The notes under the pieces were generated by a model. That model had not been told where the DNA came from. It did no database searches and saw only the letters and a list, made by a program, of their open reading frames with translations. The translations under genes were made by a program, and so were the position numbers. 64,000 nucleotides of DNA. It comes from Paraphysomonas bandaiensis. Its lineage: Eukaryota; Protista; Chrysophyceae. Of this stretch, positions 25,801 to 37,600 are shown piece after piece (within the stretch, counting starts at the first letter, position 1; every line of letters begins with the position of its first letter). The DNA is taken from NCBI GenBank assembly GCA_965644295.1, contig CBFFRP010000218.1, positions 62,001-126,000 of the forward strand, written 5' to 3'.

Positions 25801-28800
25801 TTTTAGAGTTTGAAGCTCACTCTTGATTTTGATGATATCGTTGTTTAATTTGGCCACTTCTTCTTCATAAACGTCTTTTTGTTGACTTAGCGAATGAACT
25901 GTCGCCCTCAACTCCGCACATTCTTGTTCTAGCTTATATGAATCAGTTTTTGTTACCTCATTCAATGCATCTCGCTGATTAATCTCGGTCTGCATGTACA
26001 TTAGCCTGTCTTGGAGTTTCTGAACTTCATCGTTATGATTATTTTGAATATTTTCTTTGTCCAAGTCAAACTCTGAAAGCTTCTCAGCGAGCTGCACTTT
26101 TTCCAAGACCACCGCATTGTACTCTTCAGTCTTACGTTCAAAATCAGTTTTCATTAGCTCAATGGTTTCCAATAATTTCGCTTGTGCTTCAACGAGCTCC
26201 ACTACAGAGCACTTTTTCTCTTTTAACTGCTCTGAGACTGAGTCTAACTCAGTTTTCAAAGACTTGATCTCCTCTTGAAGTGCTGCCCGATCTTCCATAA
26301 GATCGAATTCTCTATTGCAGTGTAATGTAACATTCGCCTCGTCGAGTTCAGATTTCAGTTGGGCATTAGCTTCTTCTGAGACTTTCAACAATTCATTCAA
26401 GCGGTTAATCTGAGATTCCATCTCTTGCTCAGTCTCACTCGCTGCACTCGACTCGATATCCAGCTTTTCCTGTAGATCTTCAACCTCGTCGGTCTTTTCA
26501 TCCAAAGCCAATTGCAGTCGGTGGACTTCAGACTCCAGAAACTGCACCCGTTGCAATTCAACGGATGTATCGGAGTGATCCTGATTCTGCCGAGAAGAAC
26601 CACCTTTAAGAGATTTAATTTCCTCTTGCAACCCCGAATTCTGTTGTTTGAGCGTTTCGATCATTATATGGAGTTCCTCCGTGTCACTTTCAGAGCATTC
26701 TCTGTGGGTGGAAATCTTTGAGATCGTCGCTTGGACCGATTCAGACTGCTCCTTTATCGAGGATAGCGTAGACTTTATAGTTGGCTGGAATGATGTGTCG
26801 CCCATTCCAACTCCAGGGCACCTGCGACAACCAAAAAACATATGTAAGAGCAGCACATAACATGCAACATCAGCGCATACCCAAAACTACACTTAAAACA
26901 GCATTTGTAATTCAATACATAGCATATACAGCTATTACCAAGTGTCTCGTTTGGTCTTTCGTTTCTTCTTCTTGAACACTTCAGTATCGTCTATCTGACA
27001 AAATTCATCACTTGGTACATCTGCGACACCAGAAAACAAGAGCCCTCGTAATCGCTCAAGTTTGGCCTAAAAACGATAAATACAATTACACATGCAATAT
27101 ATATTACACATGGAAACCTTTTGTTCGTCCTTCTCACACTCCAGACTTTCCAGTCTCTTAAGTAATTCATTTCTTTCTGCCTCTAGAGCACCTCTCTCAC
27201 TTTCAGAGAGACCAACAGCACTCTGTTTTTCTTTCAATTCGTTTAATTCTTTCGTTAGGCGCTTAATCTTCGCACTCTCATCAAGAATCTCATTTACAGT
27301 GGCGTTGGTTTTGACAAGCTTGGCTCGAGAGGCAAACTGAAGTGTCGACCTTGTTTCTTCAACATAGCTACAGAAATGTAACAGTTACTCGGGAAGAATG
27401 CATACACATGAATAAACTCATGTACACGTGCGTACCGTTCAGCAGCAGTTACGCAGCACACGATAGACATTTTTGCATTCCCTGACAGACTCGGCTGCAA
27501 GAGTCTAGTCAACTTGCTGTCTCTAAAAGACACATGCTGTCCAGGCTGACTGAGCGCATGAATGACGCGACTCAGAGAGAGCAGAGATTGATTAATTTTA
27601 CCGCCCTCTTTTGCACGTTGACCTAATTTTAAGTTAAGAGTAAGTGAAGCAATGCACAAGTGAACTCATTAATAGCACTGCAAAATAGCAATAGATCTAT
27701 TTGTAGTACAATTATTATTTGCATTGATATGTACAGTAGCTGGAGAATGTAGGTTCTATTTTACCTGTAGCTCCCGTGTGTCGAACAGACTCTGACCCCG
27801 CCAGATCTACAAGGTTAAGTGCCGAGACCCACACTGCCATATCTCTTTCAACGCCGTTACGTTGCGACTCAATACTCTCAACGGTTAACCTGAATAAATG
27901 GTAGGTTAGGGAGGTGAGTATAGTATAACACGATGAACAGATAACAAAAACAAATATTAATCAGCAAGTAACACTGTAAATGTATATTCTCACTTGAATA
28001 TAGTATGAGATCGACTCGACGTATCATTCATGGCGGTGGATTCAACGCTGCGTTTAGAGCATCCTGGAAAGCACATCATAAGATGGAAATTAGAAACAAC
28101 TATACAGAGAACATTCAAACAGATATACCTTTCTGCACAGCTTTCATAATGCCATCAAAGTCTCCAATGACATGTTCGGTCGCTTCACAGTAAACGCCTT
28201 TTCGTGGATCTTCTCTGATGGCCACAGTATTATCAGATGCATCAGATAACAGATCTCTGATTATCTATGACAAAAAAAGATAAATGAGATGGTTATCTTC
28301 TAAAATGTAGGACAAATCGTGATAATACCTCGTTATATATTTCCACAAACGATACACGAACAATAAAATCTCTGTCGTTGCGCTCAGCCATGTAATGAAA
28401 GAGATCCGTAGATGCCAAATCTAGGACACCCTTTGCTTTCTCGCCTCCACCCAACATAGTAAAAGTTTTTCCAGAAGATGTTTGTCCATCTATAATAAAA
28501 TATCTATTAAATATATCATCTTATTAATATATATGTCTTTTTACATGCAAATATTGTCCCATTTATCCCATTCACGACTCCTTTTACAATATTTGTACCG
28601 GCATATTCATACACATCTTTAGTAGTTGAATTTTCATCAAATACTTTATCATAATGATGAATTTGTCCATCTAATGGTTGTCCATCTGATCTTAATTGAG
28701 TAACTGCATTGTGCTAATAGTAATAGTTAGATAAGATACATATGTGTATAATCATGTATATATATGTATGTATGTGTCTATATATAACATAACACTCTAT

Positions 28801-28996
28801 ATATAACACTGTGTATATATAACACTATATATAACAGAACACTTTATATATATAACATTCTCTGTATAGATGTTTGTATGGATGGCACCTGTGGCAGACA
28901 TCGAAACACTGCAGATTGCCCTGAATTAATCTCTCTCTCATTGAGAGGTCTCATGCGTATTGCAACACATATTCCTTCACTTGTTGGTTTATCCAT
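19887..28996 (-). CDS. CENPE: Kinesin-7 / CENP-E-like mitotic kinesin, roughly 2,600-2,700 aa, multi-exon
   Basis: Spliced motor motifs ICVAIRMRPLN, YGQTSSGKT, SSRSH, LNLVDLAGSE and HVSFRDSKLTRLLQPSLSGNA. Post-motor KKKRKTKRDTW|CPG (CENP-E-type TW motif), a very long coiled coil and a C-terminal CaaX box (ECAQS*). Confidence 0.9.
24693..25772 (-). repeat. 135-bp coding tandem repeat, 8 near-identical copies (45-aa units) in the kinesin stalk
   Basis: CTCCTTGTATTGCTC recurs at 24811, 24946, 25081, 25216, 25351, 25486, 25621 and ~25756. Confidence 0.97.
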
Positions 28997-29267
28997 AGCT
29001 TCTTGTTTGCTATGTAAAGTAGAAAGAATATAATGATAATGTTTATGATCTGATTCAATGCATGGGGTGGGTATGTATGTATATATCAACGTGCACATAT
29101 GATACACATACACACATACATACATACATACATATACATAACGGTATGTATGATAACAACGGCTAGATTTAATTCAAATATAATTAGTGTATCTTGAAGA
29201 GGTAGTTTCAGTATATAGTTCTGTTGTAGTCTACTGGTATACTCTGGACGTATCTGCTGTATATGGT

Positions 29268-30124
29268 ACTGCTGTATATCTATATGCAGATAGTCGTATA
29301 GTCGTATAGTCGTATAGTGGTATACACACATAGAGAGATCATGTATACGTACGTATATACTGCTGTGTGATGTCATATACATATATGTACGTATACTACA
29401 CTACTCATATATGGGTGTGTGTATACATTCATATGTATATGAAGTCATAGTTAAGATAACTAAACCACACATAACTATACACACTTCAAAATACCATCTA
29501 ATCCAATATGAATATTCATACATTCGGTGACGCTGTCACTTCACGAAGAGAGGCATTAGCCAATGAGATCGAAGATGATGATGAAGAAGATGATATCTTA
29601 GAGGGACGTATGAGAAAATTAAGTGATAGTGTAGATGGTGAAGAAGATGAAAGTAGAGAGAAGGTATGTATAAAGAGGGACTGTATGTATGTATGTATGT
29701 GTGTATGTAGAGGGATGCTACGATCACTGTATGTATGTGTATGTATGTGTGTGTATGTGTGTGTATGTATGTATATATGTATGTATGTACGCATATGTCT
29801 ATATATACACATAACCTACCATATATATCAGTTTAATGATGCGGGTGAAGTTATTGAACCATTTAATTTACGTGATGAAAGAGAAGGTGGTCATTTTGAT
29901 GAGAATATGAATTATGTCTTTCAAAGAGAGAAGGGGGAGGTAGATACATGGCTAGCTGATATGGATGAAGCGACTATGGAAAAATCAATTGGTGAAGCTG
30001 CTGCTGCTTATAAGGTTGGATTAGATCTATAGAACATACTGTATTTATAAACTACATGATCTCTCACTATGTATGTATACCACTATACGACTATACGACT
30101 ATCTGCATATAGATATACAGCAGT
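29268..30124. repeat. ~75-bp inverted repeat pair (29268-29345 and 30053-30124)
   Basis: ACTGCTGTATATCTATATGCAGATAGTCGTATAGTCG... is the reverse complement of ...CGACTATACGACTATCTGCATATAGATATACAGCAGT. Confidence 0.9.
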
Positions 30125-31464
30125 CATTATTGTACAGTCATATAGCAGTATACACATACGGTTGGAATACTGCTATATATATATACCTATACTGATGTGA
30201 AGATATAAGTATGAGTATGTATGCATGCATGTATGTATTGAATATCTATATGATATTATGCAGTTTATAGTTGTAAAATATAGAAAAAACAAGATGAAAA
30301 TGCAGCAAAAGATGCAAAATTTTTTGCAAGACCTAAAAAAGATATTGTGACATTAAAAGAAGAGTTGGTTGAGTATTTAGAAGACGGTGAAAATGTATGG
30401 AAGGCTATTAGAAGGATAAGTAAAGGTATAATTAACACCTACTGCTCATACCTAACACTAATATCTGATACTACTGTGTGCTGTATGATAACAATGTGAT
30501 GTATGTTCACTATACTTTTGATTTGTTTTATACGGTATTAGCATTCTGTATAGTGTGTATACCTTGTACTACGTCCTATGCGATACTATCTATGTCCTTG
30601 GACCGTCCATGTGTCTGATTCAATGCATACCCCATTTTCATGTATGTGTGAGGTTAATTACTGAGGTGTATGTAGAGGCGAAGTCGAATCCTAATAGTGA
30701 TTCGAAGGAGAGTATACACACCTTGACAGAACTTGCCGATGAGCTGCTCTCACTTGGAGAACTCAATATCTATGAAATGGAGAAAGATGCTATCATATTG
30801 TCTGGAATACAGTGGGAATACATGGGCCATGAGCAAGTAATTCATGGCCCATTCACGACCAACCAGATGGCTGCCTGGGTCCAGCAAGGCTATTTTACGG
30901 GTAAGTTCAGTATTCTCTCGATTTCTTGGTTTTAAATGTATGTACGTGCCATCCGAGTGTGTCGTGCTGTTATATATAGACGAATATGAATATGATAATT
31001 TGCTTTATGATTAGTATTTGTTGCTTCATTAGATACATTTGAACTCGTATGTTGTGATATGGTGGTGTGATCTCTATTCGACAGGAACATCTGCTGTTTA
31101 TATTCGCAGACGTCGCCACGCAACTGCTCATTCGCTATCCGAAAGTTCTAATGGAAATACAAACACCAAGAAGAGGTCTCATGAGGAATTGATGAGTGAT
31201 TTTTCTGATGACGAAGATGGCATAGAGTGTAAGCAGGCCCGTGTTTCTTATAGTGCTGGTGATGCATCCCATTCATCAGTTTCAGATGTTTCTATAAAAG
31301 ATCCTACTGCTCAGCAAGAATGCAGTAAGAGTTCTCAATTGAGTAGCACCAGGAGCAGCTGCTATGATGTGTATAACGACTGGGTGTTGTCGGATAGCAT
31401 TGATTTTTCTTCGGTGCCGCTGTCGTCGGATGTGAATGAGCTGGATGACAAACATGCGGAGTAA
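29508..31464 (+). CDS. CD2BP2: CD2BP2 / U5-52K / Lin1 homologue (GYF-domain U5 snRNP protein), ~5 exons
   Basis: IEPFNLRDEREGGHFDENMNYV (family N-terminal motif), LTELADELLSLGELNIYE, and GYF domain WEYMGHEQVIHGPFTTNQMAAWVQQGYF. Confidence 0.88.
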
Positions 31465-31714
31465 TTTTGTAGTGATTAATAATAAAAATATTGACTATTT
31501 CTATCAAAACACTAGCTGCACTTCTCTGGGAGTATATCGAATTGTTATGTACCTCTGAAATAAGAGTATCGAAGCGACAGAATATACATATGTGAATGTT
31601 GTCTAGCTTATAACATAGTGGACACATCTCACACAAGTGAATAAGTACGATCACCTGTCCTATATAGATCTGCAATAATATTCCGTATATTGTCACGAAT
31701 GCCGATAATCACTT

Positions 31715-31891
31715 AACTAAGTCGGACTCACACCTTTTCGTGGTGTCTTGGAGGATAAATACCGGAGATATTTATCCCGGAAACTAATGTGAGCCGCAGA
31801 TATTGTCAGCAGATATTGTTCTACCTACTCATAGCTCATATAGCTATGGTACAAGGGACACTAATTAGTGTCACTTGTGTTGACGTCTTGG
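31715..31891 (-). mobile_element. Dispersed repeat family, partial copy
   Basis: AGTCGGACTCACACCTTTTCGTGGTG...GGAAACTAATGTGAGCCGCA...GGACACTAATTAGTGTCACTTGTGT matches the 56569 copy. Confidence 0.8.
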
Positions 31892-32603
31892 CGTATAGTA
31901 AATGTAGAAGGAGTAGCATAACCTTGCTTACTTGCTTACTGCTTGCTATTTACTAGTCCACAGAGTGTAAGTTTTTAGGAATTCAAGAAATGAAGACGTT
32001 GTAAGAGCTGCAAATATATATTATGGCAAAGTTACAAATAGTTGTTGCCCTAAACAATCTACAAGTTCACACACTGCAATGTGTTGATGAATCACCTTTA
32101 CAGGTCTAAAGAACAAGAAGGCCTCTAATAATGAAAATAGAGATTATTTCTTCTTGAGTTAGGGGAAGGGGCAGATTCATATGTTTTTGGCACTCATGTG
32201 AGTGCTATAAACAGCCTGCTATCAGAGTAACGGAGTATATTTTGGATAAACAGCCATAATAGAGGTTGCATTGAAGGGGGTTCTGAAACAAGAGCAACAA
32301 CAGTAAAATGCAATCGAGAGAGGCATGAGCAGATTGTAGAGTCTAATAATAATGAAATCAGCCGTAAAAAGGATATTTCTGATTATATCTTGCAAGTTGG
32401 TGGGTCTGAAGGGAGGGGAAAACAGAAAAGGAGAGAAAAGAACAAGAACTGTGAAGAAAGCACGAGGCTGGCCAGCAGGGAGCGGGTGGAGGGAGAGGAG
32501 AACTACAGGAGAAAGCAAACGCAAGGCAAACCATAATTGTGAAGCCATTCCCTTCGTGGTGTTTAGTCAGAGGGCTTTGGGATAGTAGCTCTGTGGTTCC
32601 TCA

Positions 32604-32846
32604 ATAAGTCGTGGTGTTCTGGGGAATAAGTACCAGAGAGAATTTTTCTTGATAAAAAGTCTCTCGTACTAACGTAAGCTGCTTTTGTAGACTGAAGATT
32701 ACTTTCTCCCCACTCAAAAGAGACACAATTTCGTATTTCGTGTATATAAATAAACAGGTATCCAAGAAGAGGCCCACCTCAAGAGTATCCATGCATGTTG
32801 GGCTGCCTGCTAAAGTCAAGTATCCGGTATCCGGGGTGAGTTCCAC
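32604..32846 (-). mobile_element. Dispersed repeat family, internal fragment
   Basis: TCGTGGTGTTCTGGGGAATAAGTACC...GGCCCACCTCAAG...TTGGGCTGCCTGCTAAAGTCAAGTATCCGG matches the 56569 copy. Confidence 0.75.
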
Positions 32847-33486
32847 TAAAATGATTCACAAATCCTGAAGGCAGCTTCCTCATAGATGCATGGCCATATG
32901 GTCATGGCAACAATATAATTAGGGACTAGACCAGCTATGTCTTGCCATATACACGTGTACTTAGTTCTAGTCAGGCCATTAAGATTATAATTTATGAAGA
33001 CTTTGATACTGTTACTCAAGCTGTGTCAGATACATTTGTGCGTTAAGTTATGCTATGCTAACTTAGAGTAGGTTTTCATCCTAGCGGAAGTCACATGGAG
33101 AAAAATGTACGGTAGATGCATAAGATGTTTTACAACAGGTGTACATTTAAGATAAGTCTATCTGAGCATGTGTCAGTGTCTGTGAAAAATAGCAGCAGTG
33201 AGACATTGTCATGATCGTGCTTCACTCTGGTGTTACTCTACTCTCCCATTCGGAATACATGATGCTGTGAATGGGGGATGTTTGCATGAGGTGTGTCTGT
33301 AGGGTAAGGGATTGGATAGATAGGTGTGAGCCTGGTTGGTCATATGTAGTAGATGTGGAAGTATAAGTGGTTTCTATTTACCATTGACAGTAATGGTTGA
33401 GTTGAATAGGATAGTGAATGCAAATGATAGGTTAAAGGTAATATGTTATATATATATTACAGGGTAACATATATATATCACTTATA

Positions 33487-33822
33487 CTGTCGACATCGAA
33501 TTAGTACTGATTCCGATTTTCGATCATACTGGAACACGAAGAAGCCGTACATCAGCATGAGGAATCACAAGAGACGAATTGAGTGGGTGACCGCTCACCT
33601 TCATTGACCTTTGAACAGTAGCGAGTTACCATTCATTCTATGGTTCAATCAAAATTTAAGGTGTTGGCACTTGTACAATGTGAGAATTCTCCGTGGTGTA
33701 CGAAGGCACTGTCAGCACAACGCCAAAATAGTGGTTTATGATTGTGTTTCATCCAATCAAGCGGATAGAATTTATTGTATTGAGAGTATTCTTAAGAAGG
33801 GACAGTACATACATACACAGGA
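33487..33822 (+). pseudogene. Degenerate Tc1/mariner transposase fragment
   Basis: Frameshifted and stop-containing pieces KKPYISMRNHKRRIEWVTAHLH*, PFILWFNQNLRCW and HNAKIVVYDCVSSNQADRIYCIESILKKGQY follow the Tc1 consensus order (KKP...RL.WA..H..W; ESPF.L.....RVW; KH..KIMVWGCF...G...LYRIEGIM...QY). Confidence 0.75.
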
Positions 33823-34651
33823 CGATGGACAGAGGGACAGCCACTGGACACTCAAGCGGCTCAGGCATCTCACCTCTCTGTGTGTCATACATATCATTGA
33901 AGACAAGTTACTTATATGCAGTAATGAAGATAATGATTGTTAAGAACTATCATGATTAAGATAATGATTATATGGAGTGGTTTGTATAGTTATAAGACCT
34001 GAGTAGATATGTATCGAACGACCATCTGTATGATATGAGACTACTGTATAACATCATGCAAGTTAAATTGCATAATAGCAAATAATTGATGCAATTACTT
34101 TATTGATTTATATAGTGATCTTATGGAATTAATGATGAGAAGATGTTAAGGTGATGGATATTATGATGATGTCAATGGATGTGCAACATGCAACAAGATA
34201 TCTAAGATATTTGGCATCAAAACCATAAGCTAAAAACTTAAAACTCTAGAAAATCTTTAAAATATGTGATTTTCTTATTTATGTTGGTTTTTCTGTCACA
34301 GAATATGTCTATTATTAGGTGGGTATACTACAGCACTGTATACTACAGAATACAGCTGATATGACAGCCATTAAAAGTCCTTCAAGCTTATATCTATATG
34401 TATTCCACTATACAATAGTGTAGTATAGGAGTGTATGTATATAGACATGTAGAGTATGATGTAGATACCTATAAGAAAATACTGTAGGCATGAGACTATG
34501 GTGGTATGTGTGGTATATGCATCCACATGGCATACATACATCTACATATCTCTGCATATAAATTGGCTGATTTCTTATCATAACTTTCTCTCATAGAAAG
34601 AACCCTTAAAGATTTATTCAAATACACTTCGAAGTGAATTAAAAGTGAAGT

Positions 34652-37600
34652 ATGGCTGCAGGAAATGCTACTGTAAAGGTATAGTATATATATATACGTA
34701 TATTTCTATATATAATTATCTATGTATATATCCCTATATATACACACATATCTATATATACATATATATCTATTAACAGATCTATATATAGGCTGTGTTA
34801 TCAGGAGATACACTTGTTCTTGTTGGTAAATCAATTAATGGTCCACCACCTGAAATAACTATAACATTAAATCATATTCAAACCCCTAAATTATCACGTG
34901 GTTCCTCACAAATAGATGAACCATATGCATGGGAATCACGTGAATATTTACGTCATCTTCTTATAGGAAAACATGTACAATTTAAAGTTACTAATACTGT
35001 CTCATCAATTAATCGTACATTTGGAATGATTTTCTTTAATGGACAAAATGTGATCAAGTTAATGCTATCAGCTGGATGGGCGACATTAAAGGATCAAATG
35101 ATGCGTGATGATGTGAATGCTGATGAGTATAATGAATTAAATCAATTATATAATGAAGCAAAAAATAATAAATATGGTATACATACAGGTAAGAGTGTGT
35201 GTATGAGAGAGAGGGAGGAGGATGTGTGTATGTATGTGTATATAGGAGAGAGAGGGAGAGGGATGTGTGTGTGTGTATGTGTGTGTGGAGGGTTAAGTTA
35301 TGTATATATATGTGTGTATGAGAGAGAGGGAGGAGGATGTGTGTGTATATATATGAGAGAGAAGGAGGAGGATGTGTGTGTGTATATATGAGAGAGAAGG
35401 AGGAGGATGTGTGTGTGTATATATATGTGAGAGAGAAGGAGGAGGATGTGTGTGTGTATATATGAGAGAGAGGGAGGAGGATGTGTGTGTGTATATATAT
35501 GAGAGAGAGGGAGGGGGATGTGTGTGTGTATGTGTGTGTGGAGGGTTAAGTTATGTATATATATGTGTGTATGAGAGAGAGGGAGGAGGATGTGTGTGTA
35601 TGTGTGTGTGGAGGGTTAAGTTATGTGTAGATGTGTGTATATATATGTGTGTATCTATTAATTGTTGTGTTATTAGATGATGCTGTGAAGCGAAAAGAGA
35701 GTGTCAGACATATCAATTGGAATGTTGATGCATCATCTCTGTATCGTGATCTCACGAATGGAAAAAGTGTTGGTGATGTTCGACTCAAAGTCATCATTGA
35801 ACACGTCAGAGATGGATCGTCTTTCAGGTGAATTTCAGTGATATATATAGTATTTAATTGTATAGTTGTCATGTGTTGACTGATAACGTGTATAATTTAT
35901 ATGCTGTTTATAGTTTGCTAATATACTACATGTTTTGTACATTGGACCTTATAGGTGTTATGTACCTTCCATCTCTGGGTATGTTACTTTGTCACTTGCT
36001 GGAGCAATATGTGCACGCGTAAATGCCCCCAAATCGGACTCCGCGGAATCTGAAAATAGTTCTCCTGAACCGTTTGCCCTACAGGCCAAGCTCTTTTCTG
36101 AATTAAGACTTCTTCACAGGTGAGTAGTAGAATATGCGCGCTGTTAAGATATATCGTATTGGATTCAAGTGACACATTGTATGACCAACCATATTGCTAG
36201 TACAAACATGGGGTCTTGAAATTCAGTACCTGTATATCTCCATATGTTGGGTCTTGTATTTACCAAATCATGAATCGTAGAGAGCTGGATGTGGTTATTC
36301 ACGCCGCTTCGAAGGGATCTGGTGAAGGAGTTCTGCTTGGAACGGTGCTACATCCCAAGGTGCTGGACTGTGTAAAAACGTTTATGCATCGCAATACTGT
36401 AGCTTTTGTATACATGATCTTAGTAGAAGCCTAGTTCCGACGTTTCTGATGTACAATATAGGGCAATATCACCGTCGAAATTGTGAAAGCCGGCTTGGCA
36501 AAGGTTGCAGACTGGACACTAGCTGTCCTACCCAGGTGCAGTACCATTGCAATTTTCAGTGTTCTCTGAGTACTGGTCTTCTTAACTCACGTTGATGTAT
36601 ATATATCGTAGAGAGGTCGTGGTATCTCTGAGAGCAGCTGAAACTGAAGCTAAGATAGCCAGACGAGGGCTGTGGGTGGACTATACACCACCTACACCGC
36701 ACCCAGGTAACTCATCACTGTCAAACTGTTCTACTTTATTTCTAAACTGTGCTGTATGAGCTGCAACATGTATCCCACTCTTTTGATATATAACTTGCTA
36801 TACAGTATTTTTCGTTTTAAGTGTTATTCTTAAATTGTTGTGCAGAATGCAGGACGTTTGAAGGGCGCGTGTTGGAAGTACTGACAGGAGACACCATTAT
36901 TGTTGCCGAACCAACAGGAGATGGAAACTACTCTGAGACTAGGATTACATTTTCTAGCATCAGGTGGATTAAGCACTACTGCTGCATTTGATTTGTATAG
37001 TCTTTCCTATTGCTCTGTACGCCACAGCAATATGCGGCTCTAATATAGTGTGTATCGCAGAGTCCCTAGGTTGAGATCCGGTCCTTCTAGCAAGAACCCA
37101 TCTGTCCCTGAACCCTTTGCAGTGGAATGCAAGGAATTCGTTCGTTCTAAACTCATTGGGAAGCAGGTATATGAGGATACTTTGAGTTGTGTGGGTACCA
37201 CGCTTGTGGGAATATGCATTCTGAATTCAGTTGTGAACAGTATATTTTGTGTGGACAAGACTATACTATAGCGAAGATTAACCTATATTATCAGGTGCTG
37301 GTGTCCGTAGAGTATGTGAGGGGAGAAGATAGCAACAAGAGATTGTTCGCCAGTGTTCTCTACGGCAAGCTCTCTAAGCAACGTTCAGCTAGCGCAACCA
37401 CCAATCTAAATATCGCAGAGCAGCTTGTTATTGAGGGTTTGGCAACCACTGTTAAGCACAGAGGTAAGTAGCGTGTAGTTCAGAGAAACTTTGTGTAGTG
37501 AATGAAATATGTACCTGAGAATAAGGCTTGAAGCTGATATTGTATCAACCTACAAAACCGACCTGTATTTTACTTATATTGGAAGCTATCTATGTATCGT

